Part shown: positions 1 to 9,466 of the stretch, one piece after another
Layout of the letters: each line of letters opens with the position of its first letter
Position numbering within the stretch: the first letter of the stretch is position 1
Position numbers and translations under genes: made by a program
Origin: Cereibacter sphaeroides 2.4.1
Lineage (GTDB): Bacteria > Pseudomonadota > Alphaproteobacteria > Rhodobacterales > Rhodobacteraceae
Direction of reading: 5' to 3'
Assembly: GCF_000012905.2 (NCBI RefSeq)
Contig: NC_007493.2
Span: 1,710,001-1,742,000 of the forward strand
Length of the DNA stretch: 32,000 nucleotides
Notes under the pieces: generated by a model
Seen by the model: the letters and a program-made list of their open reading frames with translations, nothing else
The model's database searches: none
What the model was told of the DNA's origin: nothing

Positions 1-755
1 TGCGCTACAAGTTCCAGAACAACGTCTCGCTCTACGGCGGGCTCCGCGCGCAATCGGTCGAGGGCAAGGCCCACATCCTGTTCGACATCTACCAGAGCGG
101 GACCTTCGTCGCGACGACCGACTACAATCTCGAGACGAACCGGGACTGGTCGCTGGGCTATGTGCTGGGCGTGGCCTGGGAGAAGCCCGAGATCGCCGCC
201 CGCGTGGCACTGACCTACAACTCGGCCATCGACCATACGCTCGAGGGCGACGAGAGCGGCACCAACGCGGTCTTCGGCAATTTCTCGGGCAAGAGCGACT
301 TCGACACGACGGTGCCGCAGTCGGTCAACCTCGAGTTCCAGACCGGCATCGCCGAGGACACGCTGCTGTTCGGCTCGGTGCGCTGGGTGGACTGGACCGA
401 GTTCCTGATCGACCCCGAGATCTACCAGTATTACTTCCCCGGCATCCCTCTGGTGGCCTACGAGTCCGACCGCTGGACCTACACGCTGGGCGTCGGCCGC
501 CGCTTCAACGAGCACTGGTCGGGCGCCGTCACCGTTTCCTACGAACCCCAGACGGGCGACGACACGGGCAACCTCGGGCCGAACGACGGGTTCCGCTCGA
601 TCGGGATCGGCGCGACCTACACCCACGAGAACATGAAGATCACCGGCGGCATCCGCTATGTCGAGCTCGGCAATGCGACGACGCGCGGCGTGGGTGCCGA
701 ATTCGACGACAACAGTGCCGTCGCCGCGGGCATCCGCGTGGGCTTCACCTTCTGA
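1..755 (+). CDS. Outer-membrane beta-barrel transport protein, FadL/OmpP1/TodX family (5' end outside window)
   Basis: Frame 3 is open from the window edge to TGA at 753-755. It shows an alternating beta-strand pattern, Gly/Tyr/Asn-rich loops and a terminal aromatic residue (...GIRVGFTF) typical of OM barrels. High GC3. A hairpin lies downstream. Confidence 0.7.
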   Translation, partial: RYKFQNNVSLYGGLRAQSVEGKAHILFDIYQSGTFVATTDYNLETNRDWSLGYVLGVAWEKPEIAARVALTYNSAIDHTLEGDESGTNAVFGNFSGKSDFDTTVPQSVNLEFQTGIAEDTLLFGSVRWVDWTEFLIDPEIYQYYFPGIPLVAYESDRWTYTLGVGRRFNEHWSGAVTVSYEPQTGDDTGNLGPNDGFRSIGIGATYTHENMKITGGIRYVELGNATTRGVGAEFDDNSAVAAGIRVGFTF

Positions 756-781
756 CATCCCTCCCGCCGGGAGGCAGAGCC

Positions 782-801
782 GGGGCCCCTTCGGGGGCCC
801 C
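782..801 (+). terminator. GC hairpin GGGGCCCC-TTCG-GGGGCCCC followed by TT, downstream of the OMP gene
   Basis: Perfect 8-bp stem (782-789 / 794-801) with a TTCG loop, 27 nt after the stop codon. The T tail is only 2 nt. Confidence 0.5.
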
Positions 802-852
802 TTGCGCATGTTCCGGGTCGCGCACAGGCGCGCTTCCTGCCAGAAGCGCGCC

Positions 853-1773
853 ATGGCACAGACATCCCTCACTCCCCGCGCCTCGGCCGAGCTGCTGCTG
901 CTCGGCACTATCTGGGGCGGCTCCTTCCTCGCCAACGGCCTGGCCCTTCCGCAGGCGGGCGTGGCGGGCACGGTCGCCGTCCGGGTGGGAGGCGCGGCCC
1001 TCGTGCTCTGGGTCGCGGTGCGGCTCCTCGGGCTCGCGGTGCCCCGCAGCCTGCGGATCTGGGCCTCCTTCCTCGTGATGGGGCTCCTGAACAACGTGAT
1101 CCCCTTCACGCTCATCACCTGGGGCCAGCAGTCGATCCCCTCGGGGCTCGCCTCGATCCTGAATGCGGCAACGGCGATCTTCGGCGTGCTGGTGGCGTCG
1201 CTGGTGCTGGCCGACGAGCGGCTGACGCCGCGCCGGATCGCGGGCGTCCTGCTGGGCTTCGCGGGTGTCGTGACGACCATCGGCCCCGACGCGCTCACGG
1301 GCTTCGATCCGCGATCGGCGGGGCAGCTCGCGCTTCTGGGGGCCGCCCTGTCCTATGCCTGCGCGGGCGCCTTCGGGCGCAGGGCGCTGGCCGGGCTCGA
1401 TCCGCGCATGGCGGCGGCGGGGATGCTGACGGGCGCGAGCCTCATCGTCCTGCCGGCCGCGCTCCTCCTCGGCGGGCCGCCGCGGCTCGATCTGTCGCTG
1501 CAGGCCTGGGGCGCGCTCTTCTACCTCGCGGTCGTGGCCTCGGCCTTCGCCTATCTGCTCTATTACCGCATCCTGGCCGTGGCAGGTGCCGGCAACCTCA
1601 GCCTCGTCACCCTCATCGTGCCCCCCGTGGCGATCCTCCTCGGGGCGCTGGTTCTTGGCGAGCGGCTGCCACCGCATGCCTTCGCAGGCTTCGGACTTCT
1701 CGTCGCGGGCCTTCTGGTGCTCGACGGTCGCATCCTCCATATTCCGCGTGAACTGGTCCGCCGGGCACGGTAA
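853..1773 (+). CDS. EamA/DMT-family (drug/metabolite exporter-type) inner-membrane transporter
   Basis: 306 aa with about 10 hydrophobic segments arranged as two EamA-like halves. ATG at 853 was verified; an alternative in-frame ATG at 808 cannot be excluded. Confidence 0.8.
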   Translation: MAQTSLTPRASAELLLLGTIWGGSFLANGLALPQAGVAGTVAVRVGGAALVLWVAVRLLGLAVPRSLRIWASFLVMGLLNNVIPFTLITWGQQSIPSGLASILNAATAIFGVLVASLVLADERLTPRRIAGVLLGFAGVVTTIGPDALTGFDPRSAGQLALLGAALSYACAGAFGRRALAGLDPRMAAAGMLTGASLIVLPAALLLGGPPRLDLSLQAWGALFYLAVVASAFAYLLYYRILAVAGAGNLSLVTLIVPPVAILLGALVLGERLPPHAFAGFGLLVAGLLVLDGRILHIPRELVRRAR

Positions 1774-1805
1774 CAGGGCCCGATCCGAGGCAGGGGACGC
1801 AAACG

Positions 1806-2675
1806 ATGATCTACAGGACCGGGGCGGAGTGGCGCGCGGCGCAGGCCAAGCGGGTGCTGCTGTTCGGCATGTCGGGCCTGGGCAAGACCCATGTCTCGAC
1901 CCTGCTCCGCGACAGCGGCGACTGGTTCCACTATTCCGTCGATTACCGGATCGGCACCCGCTACATGGGCGAGCATATCGCCGACAACTTCAAGCGCGAG
2001 GCGATGAAGGTGCCGTTCCTGCGCGAGCTGCTGCGGACGGACTCGGTCTATATCGCCTCGAACATCACCTTCGACAATCTGGCGCCGCTCTCGACCTATC
2101 TCGGCAAACCCGGCAATCCGAACCGCGGCGGGCTGGCCTTTGCCGATTATCTCGAGCGGCAGGGCCAGCACCGCGAGGCCGAGGTGGCGGCGCTGCATGA
2201 CACGCCCCGCTTCATCCGCCGCGCGACCGAGATCTACGGCTATCAGAATTTCGTCTGCGACTCCGGCGGCTCGATCTGCGAGGTGGTGGATCCGGACAAT
2301 CCGAACGATCCGGTCATGTCCGACCTCGCGGGCAACCTGCTCATGGTCTGGATCAAGGGCTCGGACGCCCACACGGCCGAGCTCGTGCGCCGCTTCGACA
2401 GGGCGCCGAAGCCCATGTATTACCAGCCGGGCTTCCTCCATGCCGCCTGGACCGACTACCGCGTCGAGAAGGGCCTGACCGAGGAGCAGGTCGATCCCGA
2501 CGACTTCATCCGCTGGACCTACGCCCGCGCGCTGGCCCACCGCCAGCCGCGCTACGAGGCCATGGCGCGCTGGGGCATCACGGTCACTGCCGAGGAGGTG
2601 GCCGAGGCCCGCGACGCGCAGGGCTTCGTCGACCTCATCGCCCGCACGCTGGACCAAGCCAGGACCCACGCCTAG
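1806..2675 (+). CDS. Uncharacterised P-loop NTPase/kinase-like protein
   Basis: ATG at 1806 verified. Walker A motif [13 protein letters not shown] near the N-terminus. High GC3. It lies 32 nt after the EamA gene and 28 nt before metA. I recognise no further family. Confidence 0.65.
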   Translation: MIYRTGAEWRAAQAKRVLLFGMSGLGKTHVSTLLRDSGDWFHYSVDYRIGTRYMGEHIADNFKREAMKVPFLRELLRTDSVYIASNITFDNLAPLSTYLGKPGNPNRGGLAFADYLERQGQHREAEVAALHDTPRFIRRATEIYGYQNFVCDSGGSICEVVDPDNPNDPVMSDLAGNLLMVWIKGSDAHTAELVRRFDRAPKPMYYQPGFLHAAWTDYRVEKGLTEEQVDPDDFIRWTYARALAHRQPRYEAMARWGITVTAEEVAEARDAQGFVDLIARTLDQARTHA

Positions 2676-2703
2676 ACCCGACCACCGCCGGAGAGAGACG
2701 CCC

Positions 2704-3621
2704 ATGCCGATCACCCTGCCCGCCACCCTGCCCGCCTTCGATGTGCTCACCCACGAGGGCGTCATGGTGATGACGCCGGAGCGCGCGGCGCGGCAGGACA
2801 TCCGGCCGTTGCGGATCGGGCTTCTCAACCTGATGCCGAAGAAGATCCAGACCGAGAACCAGTTCGCGCGTCTGATCGGGGCCACGCCCCTGCAGATCGA
2901 CTTCCAGCTGATCCGCATGACCGAGCATCAGACGAAGAACACCGCGGCCGAGCATATGGAGGCCTTCTACCGCCCCTTCCAGGAGGTGAAGCACGAGAAA
3001 TTCGACGGGCTCATCATCACCGGAGCGCCGATCGAACATCTCGACTTCGCCGATGTCACCTACTGGGACGAGCTCTGCGAGGTGATGGACTGGACCCAGA
3101 CCAACGTCCAGTCCACCTTCGGCGTCTGCTGGGGCGGCATGGCCATGATCTACCATTTCCACCGCGTGCAGAAGCACCGGCTGCAGGCCAAGGCCTTCGG
3201 CTGCTTCCGGCATCGCAACGTGGCGCCGACCTCGCCCTACCTGCGCGGCTTCTCGGACGATTTCGTGATCCCCGTCAGCCGCTGGACCGAGATGCGGCAG
3301 GCCGAGATCGACGCGGCGCCGGGCCTGCGCACCCTGCTCGCCTCGGACGAGGCCGGGCCCTGCCTCGTCGAGGATCCGGGGCACCGCGCGCTCTACATCT
3401 TCAACCATTTCGAATATGACAGCGACACGCTGAAGCAGGAATACGACCGGGACGTGGCCAACGGCAAGCCGATCAACGTGCCGGCGAACTACTATCCCGA
3501 CGACGATCCGTCGAAGCCGCCGCTCAACAGGTGGCGAAGCCACGCGCACCTCCTATATGGAAACTGGATCAACGAGATCTATCAGTCCACCCCATATGAC
3601 CCGCAGCAAATTGGCCGTTAG
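2704..3621 (+). CDS. metA: Homoserine O-acyltransferase (MetA family, succinyl- or acetyl-transferring)
   Basis: 305 aa. The N-terminus ([14 protein letters not shown]), the active-site region (FGVCWGGMA) and the overall sequence match MetA. ATG verified, with GGAGAGAG upstream. Confidence 0.93.
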   Translation: MPITLPATLPAFDVLTHEGVMVMTPERAARQDIRPLRIGLLNLMPKKIQTENQFARLIGATPLQIDFQLIRMTEHQTKNTAAEHMEAFYRPFQEVKHEKFDGLIITGAPIEHLDFADVTYWDELCEVMDWTQTNVQSTFGVCWGGMAMIYHFHRVQKHRLQAKAFGCFRHRNVAPTSPYLRGFSDDFVIPVSRWTEMRQAEIDAAPGLRTLLASDEAGPCLVEDPGHRALYIFNHFEYDSDTLKQEYDRDVANGKPINVPANYYPDDDPSKPPLNRWRSHAHLLYGNWINEIYQSTPYDPQQIGR

Positions 3622-4564
3622 CCTCCTCATCGCCGGAACGCTCGCCCTTGGTGGCTGCGGTGCCGCCGTCTCCCAGAGAGCCGCCGACCGCGAGGCCGTG
3701 GCCGAGACCTCCTATCCGCCCACCGGCCAGCTCCTGACGGTCGAGGGCCATACGGTCCACGCCCATGTCGAGGGGCACGGGCCGGACCTGATCCTGATCC
3801 ACGGTGCCTCGGGCTCGACGCGCGACTTCACCTTCTCCTTCGTGGAGCGGATGAAGGGGCGCTATCGGGTCATCGCCTTCGACCGCCCCGGCCTCGGCTG
3901 GTCCGACGATATCGGCCCCGACGGGGTGAGCCCGCTCGTGCAGGCCGACCTCCTCAGGAAGGCCGCAGAGCAGCTCGGCGTGAAGCGCCCCATCGTGCTC
4001 GGCCATTCCTACGGCGCGGCGGTGGCGCTGGCCTGGGGCCTCCGCGATCCGGGCCAGACCGCGGCCATCGTCACCGTCTCCGGCGCGGTCATGCCCTGGC
4101 CGGGGGATCTGGGGCCGCTCTATTCCCTCACCGCCAGCAGCTTCGGGCAGGCGGCGGTGGTGCCGCTGATCTCGGCCTTCGTCTCCCCCGACCGGGCCGA
4201 GAAGGTGGTGGGCCAGATCTTCGCGCCGCAGGCGGTGCCGCCGGGCTATGCCGATTATTTCGGCGTGGGCCTCTCGCTCCGCCGCGAGAGCTTCCGCATC
4301 AATGCCCGTCAGGTCACCGGCCTCAAGCCCTATCTGAAGCTCATGCAGCCGAACTACGCCAAGCTCCCCATGCCGGTCGAGATCCTGCACGGCGACGCCG
4401 ATCAGGTGGTGCCGGTCGAGATCCATGCCCGCCCGCTCGGCAGGCTGATCCCGAACGCCCATGTGACGATCCTTCCCGGCATCGGCCACATGCCGCATCA
4501 TGTGGCGCCCGAGGCCGTCGCCGCCGCCATCGACCGCGCCGCCGTCCGCGCCGGATTGCGCTGA
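3596..4564 (+). CDS. Alpha/beta-fold hydrolase, predicted lipoprotein
   Basis: ATG at 3596 gives [21 protein letters not shown], a signal peptide plus lipobox. It also carries HG-type [10 protein letters not shown], a nucleophile elbow GHSYG and a C-terminal GHMPH. It overlaps the metA 3' end by 26 nt. Confidence 0.8.
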   Translation: MTRSKLAVSLLIAGTLALGGCGAAVSQRAADREAVAETSYPPTGQLLTVEGHTVHAHVEGHGPDLILIHGASGSTRDFTFSFVERMKGRYRVIAFDRPGLGWSDDIGPDGVSPLVQADLLRKAAEQLGVKRPIVLGHSYGAAVALAWGLRDPGQTAAIVTVSGAVMPWPGDLGPLYSLTASSFGQAAVVPLISAFVSPDRAEKVVGQIFAPQAVPPGYADYFGVGLSLRRESFRINARQVTGLKPYLKLMQPNYAKLPMPVEILHGDADQVVPVEIHARPLGRLIPNAHVTILPGIGHMPHHVAPEAVAAAIDRAAVRAGLR

Positions 4565-4604
4565 CGCGCGCCCCGGCGATACTGCAGCGAAGAGGGAACA
4601 TCTG

Positions 4605-5489
4605 ATGGATCTGCCGTTCGACGGGGCGATCAGCCACTACTACCGCAAGGAAGCGCCGCGGAAGGTGCGCGAGGCCATCGAACAGGCCTCGGGGGACGAG
4701 ATCCTCGATCCCTCCTATCCCTACCGCGAGGAGATGAAGAAGAAGCACTACGCCGAGCAGATGGCGGGGCTGCAGAGGCAACTCGTCCGGCTGCAGGCCG
4801 ACGTGAAGAAGACCGGCAAGCGGATCGTCGTGCTGTTCGAGGGGCGCGATGCCGCCGGCAAGGGCGGCACGATCAAGGTCGTGACCGAGAACCTCAACCC
4901 GCGCGTGGCCAGCGTGGTGGCGCTGCCCGCCCCCTCCGACCGCGAGGCGAGCCAATGGTATTTCCAGCGCTATGTCGACTGGCTGCCCGCCGCGGGAGAG
5001 ATCGCGCTCTTCGACCGCAGCTGGTATAACCGGGGCGTGGTCGAGAAGGTCTTCGACTTCTGCACCGAGCGCCAGCGCGAGCATTTCTTCTGCCAGCTGC
5101 CCGGCTTCGAGGAAATGCTGGCCGAAGACGGGATCACGCTGGTCAAGCTCTGGCTCAATGTCGGCCGCCCCGAACAGCTCCGCCGCTTCCTCGCCCGCGA
5201 GCAGGATCCGCTGAAACAGTGGAAACTGTCCTGGATCGACATCGAGGGGCTGAAGAAATGGGAGGCCTACAGCGCAGCCATCGAAGAGACGCTGGCGCGC
5301 AGCCACACGGCGCAGGCGCCCTGGACGGTGATCCGCTCCGACGACAAGCGCCGCGCCCGGATCGCCGCGATCCAGACCATCCTGCGCGCCGTCCCGTTCG
5401 AGGGCCGGAAGGACGGGCTGATCGGCACGCCCGACCCTGCCCTCTGCGGCGGCCCCGACCTCTGGAGCGACGGCCACGGCCGGACATGA
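4605..5489 (+). CDS. ppk2: Polyphosphate kinase 2 (PPK2 family, single-domain)
   Basis: 294 aa. P-loop [16 protein letters not shown] and the DRSWYNR motif are typical of PPK2. ATG at 4605 has AGAGGGA 8 nt upstream. Confidence 0.9.
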   Translation: MDLPFDGAISHYYRKEAPRKVREAIEQASGDEILDPSYPYREEMKKKHYAEQMAGLQRQLVRLQADVKKTGKRIVVLFEGRDAAGKGGTIKVVTENLNPRVASVVALPAPSDREASQWYFQRYVDWLPAAGEIALFDRSWYNRGVVEKVFDFCTERQREHFFCQLPGFEEMLAEDGITLVKLWLNVGRPEQLRRFLAREQDPLKQWKLSWIDIEGLKKWEAYSAAIEETLARSHTAQAPWTVIRSDDKRRARIAAIQTILRAVPFEGRKDGLIGTPDPALCGGPDLWSDGHGRT

Positions 5490-6103
5490 GCAAACGCGGC
5501 TACCATCACGGAAATCTCCGTCAGGCGCTGGTCGAGGCAGCGCTGACCCTCATCACCGAGAAGGGCCCGCAGGGTTTCACCCTTTCGGAGGCGGCGAAGG
5601 CGGCCGATGTCACGCCCGCCGCGGTCTACCGCCATTTCGCCGGGCGCGACGATCTGATCGCCGAGGCGGCGCGGCAGGGCTACGAGATCTTCGGCGCGCT
5701 GATGGCCTATGCCTATGACGAGGGCCGCCCCTCGGCGCTGGCGGCCTTCGAGGCCACGGGCCGCGCCTATCTGGCCTTCGCCCGGAAATATCCCGGCCAT
5801 TACATGGCCATGTTCGAAAGCGGCCTGTCGCTCCAGTCGCGCCCGGATCTCGCCGCCGCCGCCGGTCAGGCCCATGACGTGCTCGAACGGGCCGCCGTCC
5901 GGCTGTCCGAACATATCCCGCCCGCCAAACGGCCGCCGCCCGCCATGTTCTCGGCCCATATCTGGGCGCTGAGCCACGGCGTCGTCGAGCTCTTCACCCG
6001 CGGCGCCCCCGGCGCGCGCTCGCCCTTCCCGGCCGAAGAGCTGCTCGAGGCCGGCATCGGCATCTATCTGCGCGGACTGGGCCTCCTCCCGCCGGACGCC
6101 TGA
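5486..6103 (+). CDS. TetR/AcrR-family transcriptional regulator
   Basis: 205 aa. N-terminal HTH ([22 protein letters not shown]). The ATG at 5486 overlaps the PPK2 stop codon (ATGA). Confidence 0.88.
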   Translation: MSKRGYHHGNLRQALVEAALTLITEKGPQGFTLSEAAKAADVTPAAVYRHFAGRDDLIAEAARQGYEIFGALMAYAYDEGRPSALAAFEATGRAYLAFARKYPGHYMAMFESGLSLQSRPDLAAAAGQAHDVLERAAVRLSEHIPPAKRPPPAMFSAHIWALSHGVVELFTRGAPGARSPFPAEELLEAGIGIYLRGLGLLPPDA

Positions 6104-6152
6104 CGCACCCCCCCCCCGCCCCATTCACTCTGGAAAAATATCCTCGGGGGGT

Positions 6153-6174
6153 CCGGGGGGCAGACAGCCCCCGG
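6153..6174. terminator. Hairpin CCGGGGG-N8-CCCCCGG between the convergent TetR and ABC ATPase genes
   Basis: 7-bp GC stem read directly from the sequence. There is no U-tract on either strand, so function is uncertain. Confidence 0.35.
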
Positions 6175-6254
6175 CGGCGCCACCGCAGAGCCCGGTCCCC
6201 CGTCTCGCGCGCGCCCCGCAGCCCTTCCGCTGCAGGCCTTCGGAGGACCGCCCC

Positions 6255-7328
6255 TCAGCGGAACAGGACCAGCGCCCCGGGGCTCCAGGCGACGCGGGCC
6301 CGCGCGCCGATCTCCAGCACCGCGCGGCCGAAGACGTTGCGCATGGAGAGCCGGATGGGCGCCTCGGTGCCGTCTAGGCGGATGTCGTAATAGGTCATGT
6401 CGCCGTAGTAGACGACCTCCTCGATGGTCCCCATGGCCTCGCGGTCGGCCTTCTGCCCCTCGAAGAGGATCGTCGCCGTCTCGGGTCGAAAGCCCACGGT
6501 GACGCCGGTGCCCGAGGCCGCGCCCGGCGCCTGCATCGGATCGAGCAGCATCCGCCCGAGCCCCTGCGCCTCGACCTCGATCCCCTGCTGGGTCTCGCTC
6601 AGGATCCGCGCCGGCAGGAAGTTCATCGTCCCGATGAAATCGGCCACCTTGCGCGAGGTTGGCCGCCGATAGAGCGTCTCGGGATCGGCCAGCTGCGCGA
6701 TCTCGCCCTCGAACATGACGGCGATCCGGTCGGACATGACCAGCGCCTCTTCCTGATCGTGCGTCACGAGGATGAAGGTGATGCCCACCTGCCGCTGCAG
6801 CTTGATGAGCTCGACCTGCATCTGCTCGCGCATCTTCTTGTCGAGCGCCGAGAGCGGCTCGTCCAGGAGCAGCACCTTGGGCTTCAGGATCAGCGCGCGC
6901 GCCAGCGCCACCCGCTGCCGCTGCCCGCCCGAGAGCGCATGGGCCGCCCGCGCGCCGTAGCCGCGCAGCCCCACCATCTCCAGCGCCTCGGCCACACGTC
7001 GCGTCGTCTCCTCCTTCGAGAGGTTCGCGCGGCGCAGGCCGAAGCCCACGTTCTCGGCCACCGTCAGATGCGGGAAGATCGCATAGCTCTGGAACACCAT
7101 GTTGGTGGGCCGCTTGTTGGCGGGCACCCCCCTGGTGTCCTTGCCGTCGATCAGCACCACCCCCGACGAGATCTCCTCGAACCCCGCGATGGTGCGCAGG
7201 AGCGTGGTCTTGCCGCAGCCCGAGGGCCCGAGCAGCGAGAAGAACTCGCCCGCCCGGATCGTGGCCGAGATGCCGCGCAGCGCGTGATAGTCGCCGTAAT
7301 ATTTGTGGACGTCGCGGAACTCGATCAT
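6255..7328 (-). CDS. ABC transporter ATP-binding protein, PotA/PotG-like with C-terminal TOBE-type domain
   Basis: Walker A GPSGCGKTT, signature LSGGQRQRV and Walker B LLLDEPLS. ATG at 7328 (MIEFRDV...) verified. An alternative GTG at 7352 overlaps the upstream stop (GTGA). The 588-aa track ORF is an out-of-frame read-through into the permease gene. Confidence 0.9.
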   Translation of the reverse strand: MIEFRDVHKYYGDYHALRGISATIRAGEFFSLLGPSGCGKTTLLRTIAGFEEISSGVVLIDGKDTRGVPANKRPTNMVFQSYAIFPHLTVAENVGFGLRRANLSKEETTRRVAEALEMVGLRGYGARAAHALSGGQRQRVALARALILKPKVLLLDEPLSALDKKMREQMQVELIKLQRQVGITFILVTHDQEEALVMSDRIAVMFEGEIAQLADPETLYRRPTSRKVADFIGTMNFLPARILSETQQGIEVEAQGLGRMLLDPMQAPGAASGTGVTVGFRPETATILFEGQKADREAMGTIEEVVYYGDMTYYDIRLDGTEAPIRLSMRNVFGRAVLEIGARARVAWSPGALVLFR

Positions 7329-7348
7329 CGTGGGTTTCGCGGCAACGG

Positions 7349-8155
7349 TCACAGGAAGCCTCCGGTATCCTTGGCGCCGGACCGGGCGAGGCCGCGGCGG
7401 CGGAAATATTCGGCAGTGGCGAGCAGCACGATCGAGCAGGCGACGAGCACCGTGCCGAGTGCCATGATGACGGGCACCGCCTGCGGGAAGCGGAACTGCG
7501 AGAAGATGTAGATCGGCAGCGTGGGCTCGGTGCCGGCGAGGAAGAAGGCGATGATGAACTCGTCCAGGCTGATCGTGAAGGAGATCAGGAGCGACGAGAT
7601 GATCCCCGGCATGACCAGCGGCAGGATGATGAGCCGGAAGGTCGAGACGGCGGTCTCGCCCAGATCGTAGGCCGCCTCCTCGAGCGAGCGGTCGAGCGAC
7701 TGGAAGGCCGAGGTCAGGATCGCGATGGTGAAGGGCGTGCAGATCAGCACATGGCCGAGGATCACCGTGAAGATCGTGAGGTTGATCCCGAGGCCCAGCA
7801 GCACGACGAGGAGCGACACGGCCACGATGATCTCGGGCAGCACGAGCGGCAGCATGATGAGGCCCATCAGCCCCGCCTTGCCCGGGAAGTGATAGCGCGT
7901 GGAGGCCCGGGCCGCGAAGATGCCCAGCACCGTCGACAGCACCGAGGCCGAGCCCGCGATGATGAGGCTGTTCTTCACCGCCTGCCAGAGCGTGGGCTGG
8001 TGGGCGGCCTGCACGAACCATTTCGTGCTGAAGCCCGTCAGCGGAAAGGCGATCACCGTCCCCTCGTTGAAGGCGAAGAGCGGCAGCAGGATGATCGGCG
8101 CATAGAGGAACAGCAGGTAGGCCAGCGCATAGATGCGGAACCCGCCCCCCTTCAT
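7349..8155 (-). CDS. ABC transporter permease (PotC/PotI-like)
   Basis: 268 aa with six hydrophobic segments and an EAA-loop motif LEEAAYDLGE. The ATG overlaps the upstream permease stop (ATGA). Confidence 0.88.
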   Translation of the reverse strand: MKGGGFRIYALAYLLFLYAPIILLPLFAFNEGTVIAFPLTGFSTKWFVQAAHQPTLWQAVKNSLIIAGSASVLSTVLGIFAARASTRYHFPGKAGLMGLIMLPLVLPEIIVAVSLLVVLLGLGINLTIFTVILGHVLICTPFTIAILTSAFQSLDRSLEEAAYDLGETAVSTFRLIILPLVMPGIISSLLISFTISLDEFIIAFFLAGTEPTLPIYIFSQFRFPQAVPVIMALGTVLVACSIVLLATAEYFRRRGLARSGAKDTGGFL

Positions 8156-9039
8156 TTCGGCCCCCGGAGGAAGCGGCGGTTCAGGAACAGGAAGATCAGG
8201 CTCACCACCGTGACGATGCTCATGGCCGAGACGGCGATGGCCGAACCCAGCGGGTAATTGTCGAGTTTCAGATACTGGAGCTGGATCAGGTTCGCCACCA
8301 TCCGCCCCTCCGGTCCGCCCACCAGCTGCGGCGTCACATAGTCGCCGATGGTGGGGATGAAGACGATCAGCACCGAGGCGATGACCCCGGGCATGGCGAG
8401 CGGCAGCGTCACCCGCCAGAAGGTCATGAGCTTCGATTCCCCCAGATCCTGCCCCGCCTCGAGCAGAGCCCGGTCGATCTTCTCGAGCGCCACGAAGATC
8501 GGCAGGATCGCGAAGGGCGCATAGGCATGGGCCAGCGTGATGACGACCGCATTGACGTTGTAGAGGATGAAGGTCAGCGGCTCGTCGATGATCCCGAGGC
8601 CCAGAAGGCCCGAGTTGATCACCCCGTTGAAGCCGAGGATCACCTTCCAGAGGAACACCCGGATCAGGTAGCTCGTCCAGAACGGAATGGTGATGAGGAA
8701 GAGCCAGAGCGACTTCCGCTCCGGCGCCACATGAAACGAGACGAAATAGGCCACCGGAAAGGCCAGAACGACCGTCACCGCCGTCACCGCCATGGCCACG
8801 CCCAGCGAGCGCAGCATGACGGTCCGGTAAAGCTCGTTCGTCCAGGCCTCATGGTAGTTGGCCAGCGTGAACTCGCGGATGATCTCGAGATAGCCGTCGG
8901 TCAGGAAGCTGTAGACCGCGATCGTGCCGAGCGGGGCCGCCAGAAGGAGGATGGCATAGAGCGCCGGAGGCCCCACGAGAAGATAGCCATGAGCCGCCTC
9001 GGATCGCCGCAAGCGACTCCACCGCGTTTCCTGCTCCAT
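8152..9039 (-). CDS. ABC transporter permease (PotB/PotH-like)
   Basis: EAA-loop LLEAGQDLGES and multiple TM segments. ATG at 9039 (MEQETRW...) is preferred because the track start at 9090 is a TTG. Confidence 0.85.
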   Translation of the reverse strand: MEQETRWSRLRRSEAAHGYLLVGPPALYAILLLAAPLGTIAVYSFLTDGYLEIIREFTLANYHEAWTNELYRTVMLRSLGVAMAVTAVTVVLAFPVAYFVSFHVAPERKSLWLFLITIPFWTSYLIRVFLWKVILGFNGVINSGLLGLGIIDEPLTFILYNVNAVVITLAHAYAPFAILPIFVALEKIDRALLEAGQDLGESKLMTFWRVTLPLAMPGVIASVLIVFIPTIGDYVTPQLVGGPEGRMVANLIQLQYLKLDNYPLGSAIAVSAMSIVTVVSLIFLFLNRRFLRGPK

Positions 9040-9466
9040 CGCGCCCCCGTTCCGCCGTGCCCTGAACTTCTGGCATAGCTCGACCGCCAAGGGAAGACAT
9101 TCGCAAAGACGGGCGGCCTCGCTTGCCCTCAGGTTGAGCAGTTGCCCCGGTCAGGTACGGCAGGGAGGCCGCCTCGATCTCAGTGGATTTTAACATCTAA
9201 GTCAGACGCTTGCCGAATTTTCCTCCAGAAGATCCTGAAGAAGCTCCCGCCGCGGCTCGCTTCCGCTCGCCTCGATCCGGGTAGGCCTGCCCGCTTTTCA
9301 GGCAGTCCATGAGGCGCAGGCCCGGCCAAGGGTATGAGGTCAGCCGTGTCGTTTGTGGCACTTCGGCCAGCGCGAGGCGTAGGGCCGAGGCACTCTCAAA
9401 CGAGACAATTCTTTCCACCTCACATAAGGACTTGCCGCCAACCCTTTGTCGAAAATGGCCTCTGCA

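Noticed and set aside
2676-2703. Possible SAM-II (metA-type) riboswitch upstream of metA
   Set aside because: Only 28 nt separate the P-loop gene stop from the metA start, which is too short for the roughly 50-nt pseudoknot. I could not recognise the conserved elements here or in 756-852. An Infernal scan is needed to be sure.
6108-6117. C10 homopolymer immediately after the TetR stop codon
   Set aside because: It is intergenic, between convergent genes, so slipped-strand variation would not change any reading frame or obvious promoter. It may be part of a species-specific intergenic repeat together with the adjacent hairpin, but there is only one copy in this window.
7329-8021. N-terminal 230-codon extension of the ABC ATPase ORF (track 6255..8021)
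   Set aside because: The extension overlaps the PotC-like permease gene in another frame and is Arg/Pro/His-rich. The ATPase sequence proper begins at MIEFRDV (ATG at 7328).
9197-9418. 73-aa minus-strand ORF in the ABC operon leader
   Set aside because: It has a GTG start without a convincing RBS. It uses rare codons (AGA, ATT, TTT, AGT) at the start and has a Gly/Ser-rich tail. Only about 62% of third positions are G/C by my count, versus near-saturation in real genes here. It could be a decayed remnant but is not a supported gene.
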